Shown: positions 63,619-64,000 of the stretch, in pieces
How positions within the stretch are numbered: position 1 is the first letter of the stretch
Layout: each line of letters begins with the position of its first letter
Source of the DNA: Amphiscolops sp. MND2022
Lineage: Eukaryota
Reading direction: 5' to 3'
NCBI GenBank assembly: GCA_964187785.1
Contig: OZ076409.1
Location: 40,426,001 to 40,490,000, forward strand
Length of the DNA: 64,000 bases
Translations under genes and position numbers: made by a program
Notes under the pieces: generated by a model
Seen by the model: only the letters and a program-made list of their open reading frames with translations
The model's database searches: none
Told to the model about the DNA's origin: nothing

Positions 63619-63942
63619 CCCGTGGTGACAAAAATTTGACTTCCAGGACTGCCAAGGATTCCCAAGGACTGGTAAGGACTTGTTAAGTTCTGGACCAGTC
63701 CTTACAAGTGCCACTTTTAGTCTTACAAGTCCTGGACCAGTCCTTACCAGTTCTGGGGATTTCTCCAGGACTGCTAAGGACTGGACCAGGACTGGTAAGA
63801 AAACTGGGGAAATCTTGAGCAGTCCTTGGAATCCTTGAGTTATCCTGGTAAGGACTTGGAATCCTTGAGTGATCCTGGCAAGGACTTGGAATCCTTGAGT
63901 TATCCTGGCAAGGACTTAAGTCCACTGGAGTGTTAGTACGGG
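63619..63942. mobile_element. MITE with CCC...GGG termini, TA flanks, internal 30-bp tandem repeats
   Basis: TA|CCCGTGGTGACA ... TGTTAGTACGGG|TA; CTTGGAATCCTTGAGT.ATCCTGG.AAGGA x3. Confidence 0.7.
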
Positions 63943-64000
63943 TAGATAAGCTTTTTTGATCACTGCAACCGGATTGAGAAAACACAAAAAACAAAAAATA

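Overview
AT-rich, intron-containing animal-type genomic DNA dominated by transposons. (1) 1-~7200: 3' part of a disabled Ty3/Gypsy LTR retrotransposon whose Pol continues past integrase into a Cys cluster and two tandem TARG1/OARD1-like macrodomains. (2) 9062-27599: ten + strand exons of a host single-pass membrane protein (EGF-like repeats, SEA domain, TM helix, short tail), with MITE-filled introns. (3) ~33900-35830: decayed Ty1/Copia element on the - strand. (4) 46137-61633: a complete, very young 15.5-kb Ty3/Gypsy element with apparently identical 1507-bp LTRs and a CCAAT target-site duplication. Its architecture is unusual. Gag starts 550 nt inside the LTR and reads through the PBS. Between pol and the 3' LTR lies an antisense, 3-intron, ~1209-aa gene that looks like a BED-finger/hAT-transposase derivative. 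A further sense ORF (278 aa) reads through the polypurine tract into the 3' LTR. Also present: several CCC...GGG/2-bp-TSD MITE families, three spacer-free palindromes and a tRNA-Arg-like relic. All domain calls are motif recognition by eye; no searches were run.
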